From Oculina patagonica (lineage: Eukaryota): 64,000 nucleotides of DNA. Both the position numbers and the translations under genes were made by a program. The stretch covers positions 8,866,001-8,930,000 of the forward strand of contig NC_135760.1 in NCBI RefSeq assembly GCF_052425735.1, read 5' to 3'. Below the pieces are notes generated by a model, which saw nothing but the letters and a program-made list of their open reading frames with translations, had not been told where the DNA came from and searched no databases. Below are positions 1 through 13,200 of this stretch, piece after piece (positions within the stretch are counted from its first letter, which is position 1; each line of letters starts with the position of its first letter).

Positions 1-420
1 ATAATCATCTTTTAATTGTGGAGTCTTATTATAAGTTTTGGCATCATTCAGTTATTTTACTACAACCATCGCTAAAATTAGAAGCCTCTTTGGGCACGCA
101 ATCTTTACCGTGAAGATTCCTTAAGAGAATTTTTAATTTGCATAGGTAAAGGCCCAGTAACACGGGTAAGCCATGATTCTCTTTTAACTTGTCTCGCAAC
201 ATTGCTGAAGTGCCTGAGTTATAAAGTGTTTGCGCGTATTACCTCTCGTGTTGCAACAGGGTCGGTAATACGCAAAACAACTCTTCGCAACTGCAAATGA
301 GGCAACAATGTCAATTGCTGTGAGATGAGTTGACAGAAATTGTTGCCTACTGGGCCTTGAAGGTTAAGACTGCATCCGAGCCTACTGGTCTATTAGGTCG
401 ACGCAATATCGCCGGTATCA

Positions 421-805
421 TAGGCCCTATGCAAAAATGGTTGTCATTCGTTTCTGTTGTTTGGTCAAGTTTCTTCAAATGCTTGTTGTGGCACTTAAAT
501 ATCCCTGAAATATTATGCTATTCTGAGAAGTTTCAGTGTTTTGGGTTAAATGGCTGCAAAGTTATGACTCATTCAAATTTAAGAGATTTGTATGGAAAAA
601 GTCAACCTGGCCTGCCTAGCCTCGCTTTCATGTTTTTGGCAATATAAATGTCCCTGTAACTTCCCATAAGCTAAAAGTATAGCCTTGAAACTTTATACAC
701 TGATTTACTTTGACTTCATCTTTAAGTTAAAGTAATTTATTTTTGTTGACAAATTATTCTTCTGGGAGCCGAAAATTAACAGCCGCCATATTTGCATAGG
801 GTCTA
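421..805. mobile_element. Non-autonomous TIR element with TAG termini (Academ-like)
   Basis: TIRs taggccctatgcaaa ... tttgcatagggtcta. Confidence 0.55.
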
Positions 806-1697
806 TAGGCATAAAGCGATTAAGGGTATTTCTACTTCACCTTTATCAGATGGGATGCTACGTCCATAGCAGGGTTCACTTCCCAGTCCCCACTGTGAGA
901 GTACAGTGAGTGACTAGGTGGCTGATTTCAAACATGTATAAAAGTCATAGTGAATTACCGCGAAAAGTGGACATTTATATGTAAAACAGTCCTTATTTAT
1001 TTTTACGACGGCATGAAAAAAAAAGGAGAAAACCAGTTAGAGTTCGCGAACTACTCTAATATACTGACTAACTAAAACAGATCCTTTCTTCTTTTAATTT
1101 TTCAGGCCTGTCGCCTGATTCAAGTACAGCAAATCAGGACATTTTTAGTAGGGTTTCATTTGTCCGATTGGTATTTATGCTGCCGTTCTGGGCTTTACCA
1201 ACTCGCTCAATGTTGATGTAGATTATAGATAAAGAAGGCTGTGACGTACAAATAAGAAGTAATCGTGTAATAGTTGGCAAGAAAACAGTGTTTAATAAAG
1301 GAATACAAAATCAGCAAAATGGGGAAATTTACAGGTTATTATTTTAATAAAATTCATATGATTTTTTTTCTTTATTCCCGTGCATGAAATCGCGCGCGGA
1401 ATATTGTCTAATAATTATTATATAATAACCTGAATTCTACGCGCATTTTGATTGGTTCATACCTATGATCTATTAGAGTACAGACGCATAGATGACGTCA
1501 CGCGGTGTGTGACTCGCGCGCGTGATCAGAGTTTATAGTCCAAATCAGATTTTTTTTATATAAAAAAAATATATTTAATTTTTTCGTGGTCTTTTCTTTT
1601 ATAAAACAAAAAAAAAGTAAAAATGTGTATATAAAACACACACCCCCCCCCCCCCCGCCGGGGCCTTTTTTTTTTTTTTTTTTTTTTTTCTCTTTTC

Positions 1698-1734
<37 letters not shown>

Positions 1735-2756
1735 TTATAACGGATCGCGACGAGGCCCTTAGGAATGCGCAAGATAAATCAAACGTTATTTCACAAGTTT
1801 TGGTGGAAAGTCTACCGAATTCAGTAATCTGTTTGCGTTGCAAAAATATTGGGAACAGAAACCGTTTTATCATCCAATTTTCTCGTAAAGAAAATCAGTG
1901 AAACCGTTGTTCTATCTTTCCCCCCCCCCACCCCCCCCCCCCCAACCCCGCAACTCATCTCCAAATGATCTTCTTTCTCCCAATGGCCACCTTTTATGGG
2001 CATAAACTGTCGGCTTTGTTTAGATAAATGTGTCTATCTAAATAGACGATTTATTCCTTTGTTCTTAGTTAAAAAAAAAAACAAACAAACAAACGTGGGA
2101 CAGATGCCAAACTTCTTGGAAAATGTTTTTGCGCGACATCTTTTCTAGTATAATTATTTTTTACTTGTATTTGTCCTTTAATTCTCATTTTAGGCATAAC
2201 TCCCGGAATGTTGCTAAAAATCGCGGTTAAAAACGCAAGGGGCGTAACTTCATGGAAAAAAATACTGCGGCTAAGATGGAAATCAATAGCTTTATTTACT
2301 TAGTTTTAAGTATTACTTGTGAAGCCTGGAGGCATTTTTTTGGTACAGCCTGCACAAGGTTTTATTTGTTATTAATATTATTGTTTTTGTATCAAACGAC
2401 AAGACGCTTTATTAGGAGAGTGATAAATTTTAAAACGCAAACAAGTTAGTCAGGGTGGTATCTCTCAGTTTCACTTCTGCTGAAGACGTGCGCGACTTTA
2501 TAATTGTACACCATGCCCCAACCCCAGTGAAATCACAAGCGCCAATAACTGAATGAAAGATTTTACCCCCAACACCCACTAGCCACAGACTCGCTGAGGT
2601 ATCGACGTCCCCACTGACCTGCGTTTTAAACCCCTGTGATTTTTTTTCTCCGTTATGAGCAAAATTGCGTCTGAAATAAACAATCTATTATTGTGGTATC
2701 TTTTCCTTATTTATTTTTAAACGACAAAAAACCACGGTCACTTCAATTATTAACTA

Positions 2757-2903
2757 CCTTACTGTTACTTATTTTCGCGGGAACTTATTTTCGCGGGAAC
2801 TTAATTTCGCGAAAATAGAACGGGCATATTTCGCGGGTCTTTAATTTCGCGATTTTTAGAAAATCGCGAAAATTAAGTCCCGCGAAAATAAGTAACAATA
2901 AGG
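2757..2903. mobile_element. MITE with TA target duplication (Tc1/mariner-type)
   Basis: TA|ccttactgttacttattttcgcggga ... tcccgcgaaaataagtaacaataagg|TA, with internal aatttcgcg repeats. Confidence 0.75.
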
Positions 2904-4318
2904 TAGACCAAAGCAAATCTTGGAGTTAAAAAGGAAAATACGACGAGGGATTATCAAAAAAAATTGAGCGATAAACTGGCAAGTTTACCATAGAATCCAC
3001 GATGAAAACAATATGATAACAAATTAATGGTTGGGTTATGGTTATGGTTAGCTGGATTTTTAGAACTTCTAGTTGTTTATTATGCTCCGTTTATTGTTTT
3101 TTTTTGTTATGGTTATAATTAAATTAGGTGCACAGTTGCTATCTGGGCCTCCTTTATTTATGTACCTGTCTTTAAGGAACAAAAAGGCTATAGCCTACCG
3201 TTGTACGAAAATTAAGGCCGGTGGCACAAATAAAAGTAATTACTACAGCGAGAAATTGAAATTGTTGGAAACCTACTTTCATTCAGAAAACGGCGCACAG
3301 CTGACAAACATATCTGAGCGTTTTATTTTAAATTAAAAAATAAGGATGAATGATTAGTGGGCGTTGTTCGACAATTTCTCAGTATAGCCTGAATAATGTC
3401 AACGAAACTTTGATACACTGTACATACGACAATTTATGTGTGTTATCTCATATTCTTACGTTCGTTATGCGTTTTTCTGTAATTACTGGATGTTTTAAAC
3501 TGTGTTTTAGCTGCTTAAGATAATTTCGATTTTCACATGGTTTCCCTTTTGTTAATTGTGCGGTCAAATTAAGCAATTACATATCGACATGACTTCCTTG
3601 ACAGGTGAATAACATTTGGGATTAACCGAGTAGCGAAAAATAGGGAGGTAAATAACTTCACTATTTGATATAGCCTAGAGAAAGATAGATAATTGAGACG
3701 ATTGGAAGCAAAGTGGGCGGACCGCCAAAACTGTGAATTGCCCCTCTTGATAAAAAAAAATGTCAAATTAAGCGCGTTTCGCAACCAGAGGATCACTCAT
3801 TCAATTCCAAATATTTCCGATTTCTTTGGTAGGGGGTCAACTTTTATTGCATTTTTAAGCAAAAATAGGCAATTTCAGTAATTAATTTTGGGTAGCCCAC
3901 TTCATTCTTGAGCCCCTTAATTGCTTTCTTAAAACAGCAAAGAAAAGCATTTCTAGGTCGTTGTTAGGTAAATGGTTTTAAATATCCTAATTGCTAGGTT
4001 TTGATCTCTATCGGAGCCGTGGTAGATACATACAGATTGTGGTCTACTGTGAAAATCAGTTGTTTTTTTGACGCCCCAACTAAATTGTTACTTTCCATAG
4101 GAATTAATAAGTATATCACACCAAGCGTGTGGTCCGTGCTGCATGTGAATCAAATACGAGCAAATAAGCAACGACAGCAGCGGGGACACTAATTTGGTTG
4201 TTACACGAAGCTGCGCAGAGCTGTAAAAAGGGCAAATTAAACGACAGATGACCATATATTGTCTGCGTTGATTCTGTGAAGAACCAAGTGAAAAGAAACA
4301 ATAAATCGAGGAGTGTCA

Positions 4319-6829
4319 ATGGAGTCCACTAAAACGCTTCTCCTTCTCTTTCTCGTTCTTGGTTTAGCAATGCGCTTTCCGGAAGCATCTGCTGATTCCA
4401 ATTCAGTGGAAGAGATTTTGAGTAAGTACCGCAATTTCATTTTTTCTCTTTTGTGTATGAAAAAAAGGATTTTTTTTACGTTTCTATTTGTTGAGCCAAA
4501 ATATAACCACTCGAGCTGTAAACATACTGTCTTATTGCTGGCATGTACAGAAAACCGGCTAATTTCACATCAGCTGATATTCAATCTAAACTAGCTTCAG
4601 TTTTGCTACTTTAATTAAAGAGAAATAACGGTAAGGCAAGCTATTCAATTTAGCTGTTAATTCGCGTGCATTGGCCGAGTTTTCTGAAAATTTTTCAAAA
4701 TGTTTTGATGGCACGGTCTTTTATACTTTAAAGATATTTGTTTTTCGTTTGAATGTCGTTCTATTGTATTAAAGTTAACAAAATGTATATATTTTTTTAA
4801 TTTCCTGGTACATCACATTGCTTTTCGCTACACCTAATCCTTTTTTGATCCTCCTCAAAGTTAAACTCTAAATCGAAATGAATTAGTTCCAGCCGGCCTG
4901 TGACCGACCCCTCCCAAATGTATAAATCGCACGACGTCGTTTCACGTGGTTTTACTTTCCACGTGATATTGCATGCTGCCCACCCTGGATGACGTCACTC
5001 GGTCACGAAATTCAATTGTGTATATTTTAACAATTGGTAAAACACTAAACAAAATCTTTAAATCTGTTAAGATGAGGGTTCTCTGGTGCATACGAACCAT
5101 TTTGACCCAGGAATGACGCAAGACAACATGAACGATCAGTACGACCCGAATTTCTCTATAAACAAGGAATCTATATAATGAAATACTTCTTGGTGCCGTT
5201 TCTTTCACGATTATGGGGTATTTAACTAATTTTTCATATTTTTATTTTCTCTAGGCGAACCTGCTGAGGAGGCTCTATCAGCTGACCGTCGCGGCCTTCC
5301 ACGTTAGTAAAACTTATTTTCGTATAGCATTTAACCCCAAGGGAAGCAGACAGTTTTACTTTTATGCTATGATAGAATGATACCAGTCACAAGTCATTTT
5401 GATGCACAAATTTACCTTCATAAGGAAAGTTCGAAACTTACTTTCATTGAAGAAAATGATTGCTTCGTCCTTCTTTTGTTTTCCGTATAGTCGAGCAGGT
5501 AAAACACCCCGACCCGGCTTAATTAATGTAAACTATCCTCTGAATCAAATTTGGAAAACTGACGTTTCGAACGGCAGCCATTGAAGCTCTTCGGATATCC
5601 TCGTATTTTTTACTCGACAGTTAAGAATGGCTGGGTTTAAGACAGAAAACGAACAAAGATGCACATTTCATGGGAAGCAGGGATGGCCCACTGGTGAGAT
5701 CGCTCACCTCACACGAATTCGAATGTGGACTGGGTTCAAATCCTGGACCCGGCGTCATATGTGGGTTGAGTTTGTTGTTGATTCTCGTCCTTACTCAGAG
5801 GGTTTTTCTCCAGGTTCTTCGGTTTTCCACTCTCCACAAAACCAACACTTCCAAATTTCATTTCGATCAGATTAAATACACTGCCCCATAGCTTCTAGCT
5901 TTAAATCCAACCGTGTCTAAATAAAGGTAATATATTTATTTTATATTTACTACCTTCAACAGATAAGGGCTGATTTTAAAGATATGTACTGCCTCCATAG
6001 GCTTCACTGCAAGCACAAGAAATTGAACAAAAAGAGCTGTGTTAGCTAACTCATCCATCCATCCATCATCCATGCAGTCATTCATTCATTAATATTCATT
6101 CATTAATTTATTTAATCGTTCATTCATTCATTCATTCATTCCTTCCTTCCTTCCCTCTTTCCTTCCTTCCTTCCTTCCTTCTGGCCTACATTCATTTATT
6201 CATTCATTCATATTCATCCATTCATTCATCACTTCTGTAACCCCTCTTTCCATTCCTCCTTNNNNNNNNNNNNNNNNNNNNNNNNNNNNNNNNNNNNNNN
6301 NNNNNNNNNNNNNNNNNNNNNNNNNNNNNNNNNNNNNNNNNNNNNNNNNNNNNNNNNNNNNNNNNNNNNNNNNNNNNNNNNNNNNNNNNNNNNNNNNNNN
6401 NNNNNNNNNNNNNNNNNNNNNNNNNNNNNNNNNNNNNNNNNNNNNNNNNNNNNNNNNNNNCATCCATTCATTCTGTCTGTCTTTGGCTTCGTCCACCCAT
6501 CTATTCATGCAGTAATTGCAATGTCAACCAACTATATCATGTTATCTGACGTTTGTATATCACTGCTTCATTCCTTGCGTTTTGTTTTAGACTGCTCTGA
6601 CACATTCTCAAAAGGATTTTGCAGAAGATTCAGACATTTTTGTGCTGCTACAAACAGCAATGGCTTTCTGATGAGAACCAAATGCGACTTTTCCTGTGGC
6701 TGCATGCGGTAAGAAATGCACCGATTTCTTAATGACCAACATCTCAACTTCAGGCGGCTTATTGTTCTTGATTGATTTCGTTGTAAACAAAGCTAAAGTA
6801 TTATTTCTGTATTATTTTGTTGCAGGTAA
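4319..6829 (+). CDS. Damicornin-like/ShKT-fold cysteine-rich peptide precursor, gene 1 (90 aa)
   Basis: Exons 4319-4421, 5255-5302, 6591-6708, 6826-6829, all GT-AG; introns 1-2 are phase 1. Translation: MESTKTLLLLFLVLGLAMRFPEASA-DSNSVEEILSEPAEEALSADRR-GLPHCSDTFSKGFCRRFRHFCAATNSNGFLMRTKCDFSCGCMR*. Signal peptide, acidic pro-piece, RR site and Cys spacing C-x8-C-x6-C-x13-C-x3-C-x1-C, as recalled for Pocillopora damicornin. If the last intron is retained the stop is at 6710-6712 and the protein is the same. AATAAA at 6972. Confidence 0.88.
5670..5945 (+). mobile_element. tRNA-derived SINE with V-domain-like body
   Basis: B-box gggttcaaatcc; body gtgggttgagtttgttgttgattctc...gggtttttctccaggttcttcggttttcc; tail ending aaataaag plus AT-rich repeats. 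Confidence 0.7.
6050..6472. repeat. (TTCA/TCCA/TTCC)n microsatellite containing an assembly gap (N 6262-6460)
   Basis: Seen directly in the sequence. Confidence 0.9.
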
Positions 6830-7094
6830 AATGGATGCCAATTTGTGTTTCCTGAAGTAAAGACGAAATACAAGTTTCTAACCAGAAGTTGATTGTTCGT
6901 CTCGAATTTAAAAGGAATCGTTCAATACTCAATCTGATATAATTTGAGTTTCTTGAATGAAAATGCGATGAAATAAAGAGCTGTTAGAGCACAGTTGTCG
7001 ACATTAACTTTGCGTGCGAATGTCATGGTGATGTAGCTTTGTACACGGTCCACATTCGTTAGTTGTGGAGTTCCGTAATCCTTGTTTCTGAAAA

Positions 7095-8425
7095 GAGGGT
7101 CCTGATGGGGTAAAATGGGAGCTGGGATTTGCCTCTTTTTGGGCTGGGAAAATGGGATTCGTGCACTGGGACTGGGATTTTACCACTGGGAATGGGACAA
7201 ACACTTTGGAAAATGGGAATGGGATTTCTCTTCCTTGTGAGACTTGCTAGTCTCTGACTCTATATATAATTTCCCCGCATAATTTTACACAAATACTCGA
7301 ATTATCCTACTTTGATGACACGAAAAAGTCAGCATTTTTCCAGGCTTTACGCTGCGGTCATATCATGTCCGTGATCAGTGGTTTGTTTAAATAGAGAATA
7401 CATGGAGAATATATGGTCGTGCGAAGATATGAAATTATCTTCTATTGTTCAACTCCATGGCTCACGAGTGAGCATAGCGAACGAGTGAGATATCGATTTG
7501 AACACGAGAAGATAAATTTCATATCTCCAAGTAACCATGTATTATTTTTTTTATTTTATAAACCTACCAATAACGAGGTTTTTAATGATCATTCCCAAGA
7601 TTTCCTACCATTTCCGAAGATTTTCAAACTGTTGACCGAAGGTCATACGAATGTTTCCGAACTTTTCCTTAGATTTCCGAATTATTATCGATAAACTTTG
7701 GCGCATTCACCTTTGAAACATGGCAAACTTGTCAGCACGTGATTGGTGACATCGTAATTCAAGTGATGTTCTGACTGATTTTTATGAAGTTGATCAAAGT
7801 CTTAGTGGTGTGAACGGTGAATATGACAAGAATTTTGTCTTTATTTTGATTTTGAAACTACAGAGATGATTAGTGATGCAGAATCTGTAATACTCGATGA
7901 GGAAACTTCACAAGATACTGGTGTCATTAATGATCAACTTAGAATAAAGTACGCAGAATACAATATGCTTCCTATGTGTGTTGAGCAAGCGGATGATGTT
8001 GCTTTTACATTAGACAAACTTGTCAAACAAGGCAAAATACCAAAAATGGGATTCTCCATAAGTACCTTCAAAGATTCCTGCAAGTGTATGTATCCCCATC
8101 AGAATATTCGTGGGATCCTGAAGTCATAGAGTTTTTCAAATCTCTGAAATAGCTTGGTGGTCAGAATACAGTCAATATGATAAGAGGTCCCATGTGGCAT
8201 AGAATGGGAAAAGGGGGTGTCTTTACCCCAGAACCGATGAAGCCAAATTTATAGTCCTTATATGCACAGGTTTTTAACCTGTACGTATGGGAATAGGATT
8301 TCTTGTTTATGAACTGGGATTTGGACCAAAATAAGGCTGGGAACTGGGATTTGAAGCCTGGGAACTGGGATTTAGACGAAAATTGGGCTGGGAACTGGGA
8401 TTTAGGACCCCCCTTCAGGACCCTC
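7095..8425 (+). mobile_element. TIR DNA element (GAGGGTC...GACCCTC) with 6-bp target duplication and a decayed internal coding fragment
   Basis: tgaaaa|gagggtcctga ... tcaggaccctc|tgaaaa. Subterminal ctgggattt/gggaa repeats at both ends. Internal frameshifted, stop-interrupted reading frame at about 7866-8254. Confidence 0.8.
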
Positions 8426-8431
8426 TGAAAA

Positions 8432-8600
8432 GCGCGGTCGGCTTATGGTTAGCGTGTTGGACTCGGCCCCAGCGGTCTGGGTTCTAGCGCTGGCCAAGGT
8501 CACTGTGTTGAGTTCTTGGCGCGCAAGCCACTCTGCTTTCACTGTTTCACTCTCCACCCTAGAGTATTGGTATCAGCGAACTCTAAGATCAACTTGAAAA
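8432..8600 (+). mobile_element. tRNA-derived CORE-like SINE (related copies at about 22653-22830, 43374-43560, 53390-53580, and 59400-59612 on the minus strand)
   Basis: tRNA head (tggttagcgtgttggact...gggttctag) followed by a gtgttg(t/a)gttcttgg...ctctccaccc...gta(t/c)c(a/g)gcgaa core shared by the copies. Confidence 0.65.
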
Positions 8601-10188
8601 AAATGCTAAAAGCCCTCACTAATGAATGGTTTTGTGAAAAGAGTACGAACCCTCTTTAATTTAATTAGATCGCAATTGTAAACTTTTGGATACTTTTCGC
8701 ATCTAACCGTATTACTGAGAATAGATGGCATCTGCAAAGAGACTTATGTATTACCAGAACTAAACCTGTTGACCAATCACAGCCGACTAGTTCTAGATAT
8801 GCAAATTATTATGCCGCATGTTGAAAAACTGGAGGCACTGTAAGTACATGTGGTGAAAGACAATAGCATTCTGAGCGATAATAAGCCAGACAACATTCAA
8901 TATCGATTAAGTAGAGGATGCTTTGAGCAAACTATTTGCGTAAAGCACTTCGATGTCTTGTCGATCAACGGCACAGAAGCTTTATATTTGTTTCTACGGT
9001 CTACTTTTTTTTCAGTTCTTTTTGTTTAGAGTGCAAACATCTTTAAGTCAACTCGGTTCTTCCACCGTCCCGACTTGTTTCTTCTTGTGTGTTATTGTTC
9101 TCCAGACTTTTGACGTATTCTTCTACCGAAAAATCGTAGGTATTTCTCTTATGTTTTTCGAGGAAATGTAAAGAAAAATGCCATTGTGGAAAACAAAATT
9201 TTGCTCCGCAAAACGCCACCAGTCAGCCTTGAATGACGGAGAAACTTCAGCTTGCATGTTACAACTCACACGTTAAAAAACATGATACACGCCTCCTGTT
9301 TGGACGTTTCTTTTTTCTCACATTAAAAAAGCGATACGCGCCATTTTATTGGCCGGTTTACATCGGTCTGAGAACGAAAATTTACCTTGTGGCTTCCCGG
9401 TGGGTAAAGTCTCAGTATTTTTATAATAAATAGCAATACTCCAAGTCCCCGTACGCTACAGAAACCGGGAAAACTTTGTTGCGCAGACCGTAACCTTTAC
9501 CATGTTGTTTTAATGGTCGAAAAAGAGATCGAAGAGGGATCTCCATGTTTCCATGAGAATTCGATAATGTTATCAAGTTTCTTACTGTCAGCCTATGTTA
9601 AAAACGTTAGGGATAATAAACGCGAAAGTAAGGGCAGGACGATGACACGCAAGATTCGAATACAAAAATAATTACCCGCAGCCAATTAGAATAAGAACGC
9701 TGAATAATTTTAAAAATAAACCCTTTACGTTACCTACCGCGAGATACGAAGCTGTCTGTGAAGACCAGAAGGGTCGTTAAGCCGCTTTGAGCTACTGAAC
9801 GTCGTCAAATTTAGTTCACAACCGCGCAAAAACGTATACGTTTAAAGAACCGTGTTGATATTTGAAGTTGGTTTCGGTTTTGACGTCCATTGTGGTCGTT
9901 GTACATGGAGGCTGGTTTAATGAAACGATCATTTTCTTTTCAACGCTTAAACTCCAACCGTCTATTTCAATAGATAAATTTAAGAACATGCCACAGCGTA
10001 CATGAATGCAAATCAAATGCAAGCAGCTTAGTAAGTAACGCCAACAGCGGGGACACTAATTTCGGTGGAACACGAAGCTGTGTAGAGCTGTAGAAAGGTT
10101 ACTGAATTTAACGGACAGATGGGCAAAAACCAATTTGTGTGCTGTTTCTGTCAAAAACCAAGTAGAAAATCATCAGGGAAGATTGTTT

Positions 10189-10291
10189 ATGGGGTCTTCT
10201 ATAAAATTTCACCTATTTTTGTTCGTTCTCGGTTTAAAGGTGCGTTGTCAGAAAACGTTTGCTGATTCCAATTCTGTGGAAGTTATTTTGA
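10189..10291 (+). pseudogene. Orphan duplicate of gene 1 exon 1 with its upstream region (truncated paralogue or alternative first exon)
   Basis: Open 103-nt exon MGSSIKFHLFLFVLGLKVRCQKTFADSNSVEVIL followed by the same phase-1 donor (ttga|gtaagt) as gene 1. Upstream 10045-10190 aligns to 4177-4320 (cagcggggacactaattt...acacgaagctg...agagctgta). I found no Cys-rich exon before gene 2. Confidence 0.7.
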
Positions 10292-13200
10292 GTAAGTATC
10301 AGTGACAAAAAGTAGCAGATTCGTAAACCCTTTTAAAACTAATTAATATTGCCACATTCTCATCATGAAGATCCCCAAGGAAGGGAACGGAGAAAGACTC
10401 ACCCATTGCGACTATCGGGCACGAAAGAAAGCATATGCCATTTCAACTATTTTTTTTTTAATATTTGTAATGCACGGCTCTGTTCAATTTAACCGACAAA
10501 AAACACACCCATCCATTAAATTTTGGGCAAACGGGCGCGACAAGTTAAAAGTTAAGCACATAAATGAATTTTTATTGACATAACGCCGGGCAAATAGTTT
10601 CTATTGAACAGTAATTTTTTTATAGCGTGTGTGCATGTGCGCGTGTTGTTTTTCTTAAGAAAAAAAGAGAAAAAGCCAATCGGCGAATTTATCTCGTGGG
10701 CGGTTCATCTCTAAGGGACTGGTTTGCAAACAATCAGACCGCTCGAGGAATCAATCTGCATAGAAAGCTTTTTCATCACGAAGTAGTCAATGCTATGTAG
10801 ATAATAGCTAAAAGGTAAAGTGGAAATGGACGACAACTCGGTTTTATCGCAAATGCAGAATTTTGATAAACAGTTCACGCAACGTAATGGTGGTTGAAAA
10901 CTAGGCATACACACTCAACTGAGAGAAACATTGAAATAATGAAAATGAAGTACTTTCCAGTGTTTGAATTGCTTAAACGCCTGCGCTATTCAGAATAATT
11001 TATACATAAAAGGCATGGTCTTCTTTTAAATCGAAATCAGCGGCAACCAGATTCAAAGTTATTAACAATCAGCTCTTTTTTACCGCCTAAAAATTATTAA
11101 GGTCACTAATTCAATTCTCAATCTTGCAAAATTAAGACTGATCGTTGAAGGGAAAAAAGGGAAACTGATGATATTAACATTTAATCAAGCTTGGAATGGG
11201 AGGGGGTAGGGTGTAAAAGAACATAACAAAAAGGTAACAGAATCCATTTTTAAGGAGTGGGTGAAATTCAAAATACGAATTATTATTTTTTATTATTATT
11301 ATTAGTGTTATTAATAATGCATTACTTTTGTACCGATAACTAAACACATCTTTTCTGCACAAACGAGTGCGACAACTTAAATGTTTAAGCACATGCATGA
11401 ATTTTTAAAGCCACTATTTTACCTGCTAGTTATAACGGTAGAAAGCTTTCTACTTAACCGTAAACACTTTTCTAATGTGTGTGCTATTTATTATTATTTT
11501 TAAGACAAAAAAGGCAAAGTGGGCGAAATGAACTCGTGGGCGACTTATTCTAGTCGTCTGTTTTGCAAAATTCGGACCGCTTGGGGAAACAATCTATAAA
11601 GAAAGCTTTTTCCATCACGGAATAGAACACCGATGTAATAAATTGGTTCAATAAACGATAATAGTTAAGACCTAAAGTGGTAATAGCAAATCAAATTGAT
11701 TAGTTACGGTTAGTCAGAACACTGTCGCTCCTTTGTGGAAAAGGACGTCCACTCATGATCAAGATTGGACAAAACTCGGTTTTATCGCAAATGCAGAATT
11801 TTGAAACGCTGTTCACCCAACGTGAGAACTAAATGGCGGTTGCAAACTAGACATACGCACACTTAAGGCCGTAAAATTGAAATTATAAAAAATTGCTTTC
11901 TAGTGTGCTGAAATTGCTTAAACGCCTCTGGGCAAAGAATACCAATCAAATTGTTTTTAATTATGATTAATTTTTTTTATATTTAATTTAAGATTCGATT
12001 GTAATGAAGTAAGTTTCGTGCTGCAATTTTCAGTTTGTACGCGCTTCTCAGAAGATATACAGAAGCGTGGTCTTCCCTCAATCGAAATCAGCGAGCAATC
12101 AGCTCCATTTCATGTCCATTTTTAATAACTAATCATATGGTTCTTAAAAGACCTCAAAGTGCGTACCCTCAGCGGGCAGATGCGAAGGAGGGTTTTTCTG
12201 TGTAAAATTGCTTTCAAACTGCACTCCGAGAGTCATCTATAGAACGCTCGAGAAATTTAAACAATTTTGAATTAACTAGCGTTCACTTATTTGTTGATAA
12301 TTAATACCCGCAACTAACACGAAAGGCTTGAATCCTTTCCAGCACTCAATTTAAGTTTACTGAAACAACACAACAAATTGCACTTTCAATTGCAATTCGA
12401 AGACATTATTAGCAGATGCTCGTTTGTATTTTCTGTCTAGGTGTTATAACTTGAAACATCTGGCTTTTGCCGTCTTGTAAAATTAATATTATCGTGTTTT
12501 TGGTAAAGCATTACGTCATACTAGTGCAAATGGACCAATCAGAAACAATTGTAAGAAGTCGAACTGCACAATTACATTTAAACAAATTAATTTTTGCCTC
12601 AAAACAGCAAGCTCTTTCCAATATATTATTTAGTACGGTAATTGCTTTTCTTTTTTCCTTTCTGTCATTACATTGCGCTTGTAAAGAAAATTTATTACAA
12701 CGTTTCAGTTCAGTTCAGGTCAAAACAGTACTTATGAACTTTGAGTGTAAGCACTTCGGGCTGGAAAAGTCATCTGTCAATGCATCGATTTCAACCCGTG
12801 GGAAAATACAAGCTGTAACTCCCAGGCTGTTGATTCAGTGTGTTGTGCATTGTGGATAATATATGTTCGTAATAAACACGACAATGTTGATACTCTTACT
12901 GATGTTGCTTAATTCGCCCAAAATGATAAAAATATATATATTTCAATAAAGCCGGTAAAGGGAATTTCTTAGGGGCGGTATGTCTTTGACTGCTTCTTTT
13001 TCTATGTTATTAATCTCGCCCACATTTCCGCATTTTCTCTATTGAAGTGGTTTGGCTTCATTAAACGAAGATTGTTACTTTCAAAGCTTTTTTTTCATCC
13101 GGTACTGTCAGCCTTTAATCTAGAAGATTGCATTTTCTCCAATGAAGTGGTTTGGCTTCATTAAACGAATATTGCTACTTTAAAAACCCTTTTTCTTATT

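Noticed and set aside
1500-2000. Poly-C/poly-T/poly-A stretch and ORF 1821-2003
   Set aside because: Looks like low-quality sequence with no coding signal.
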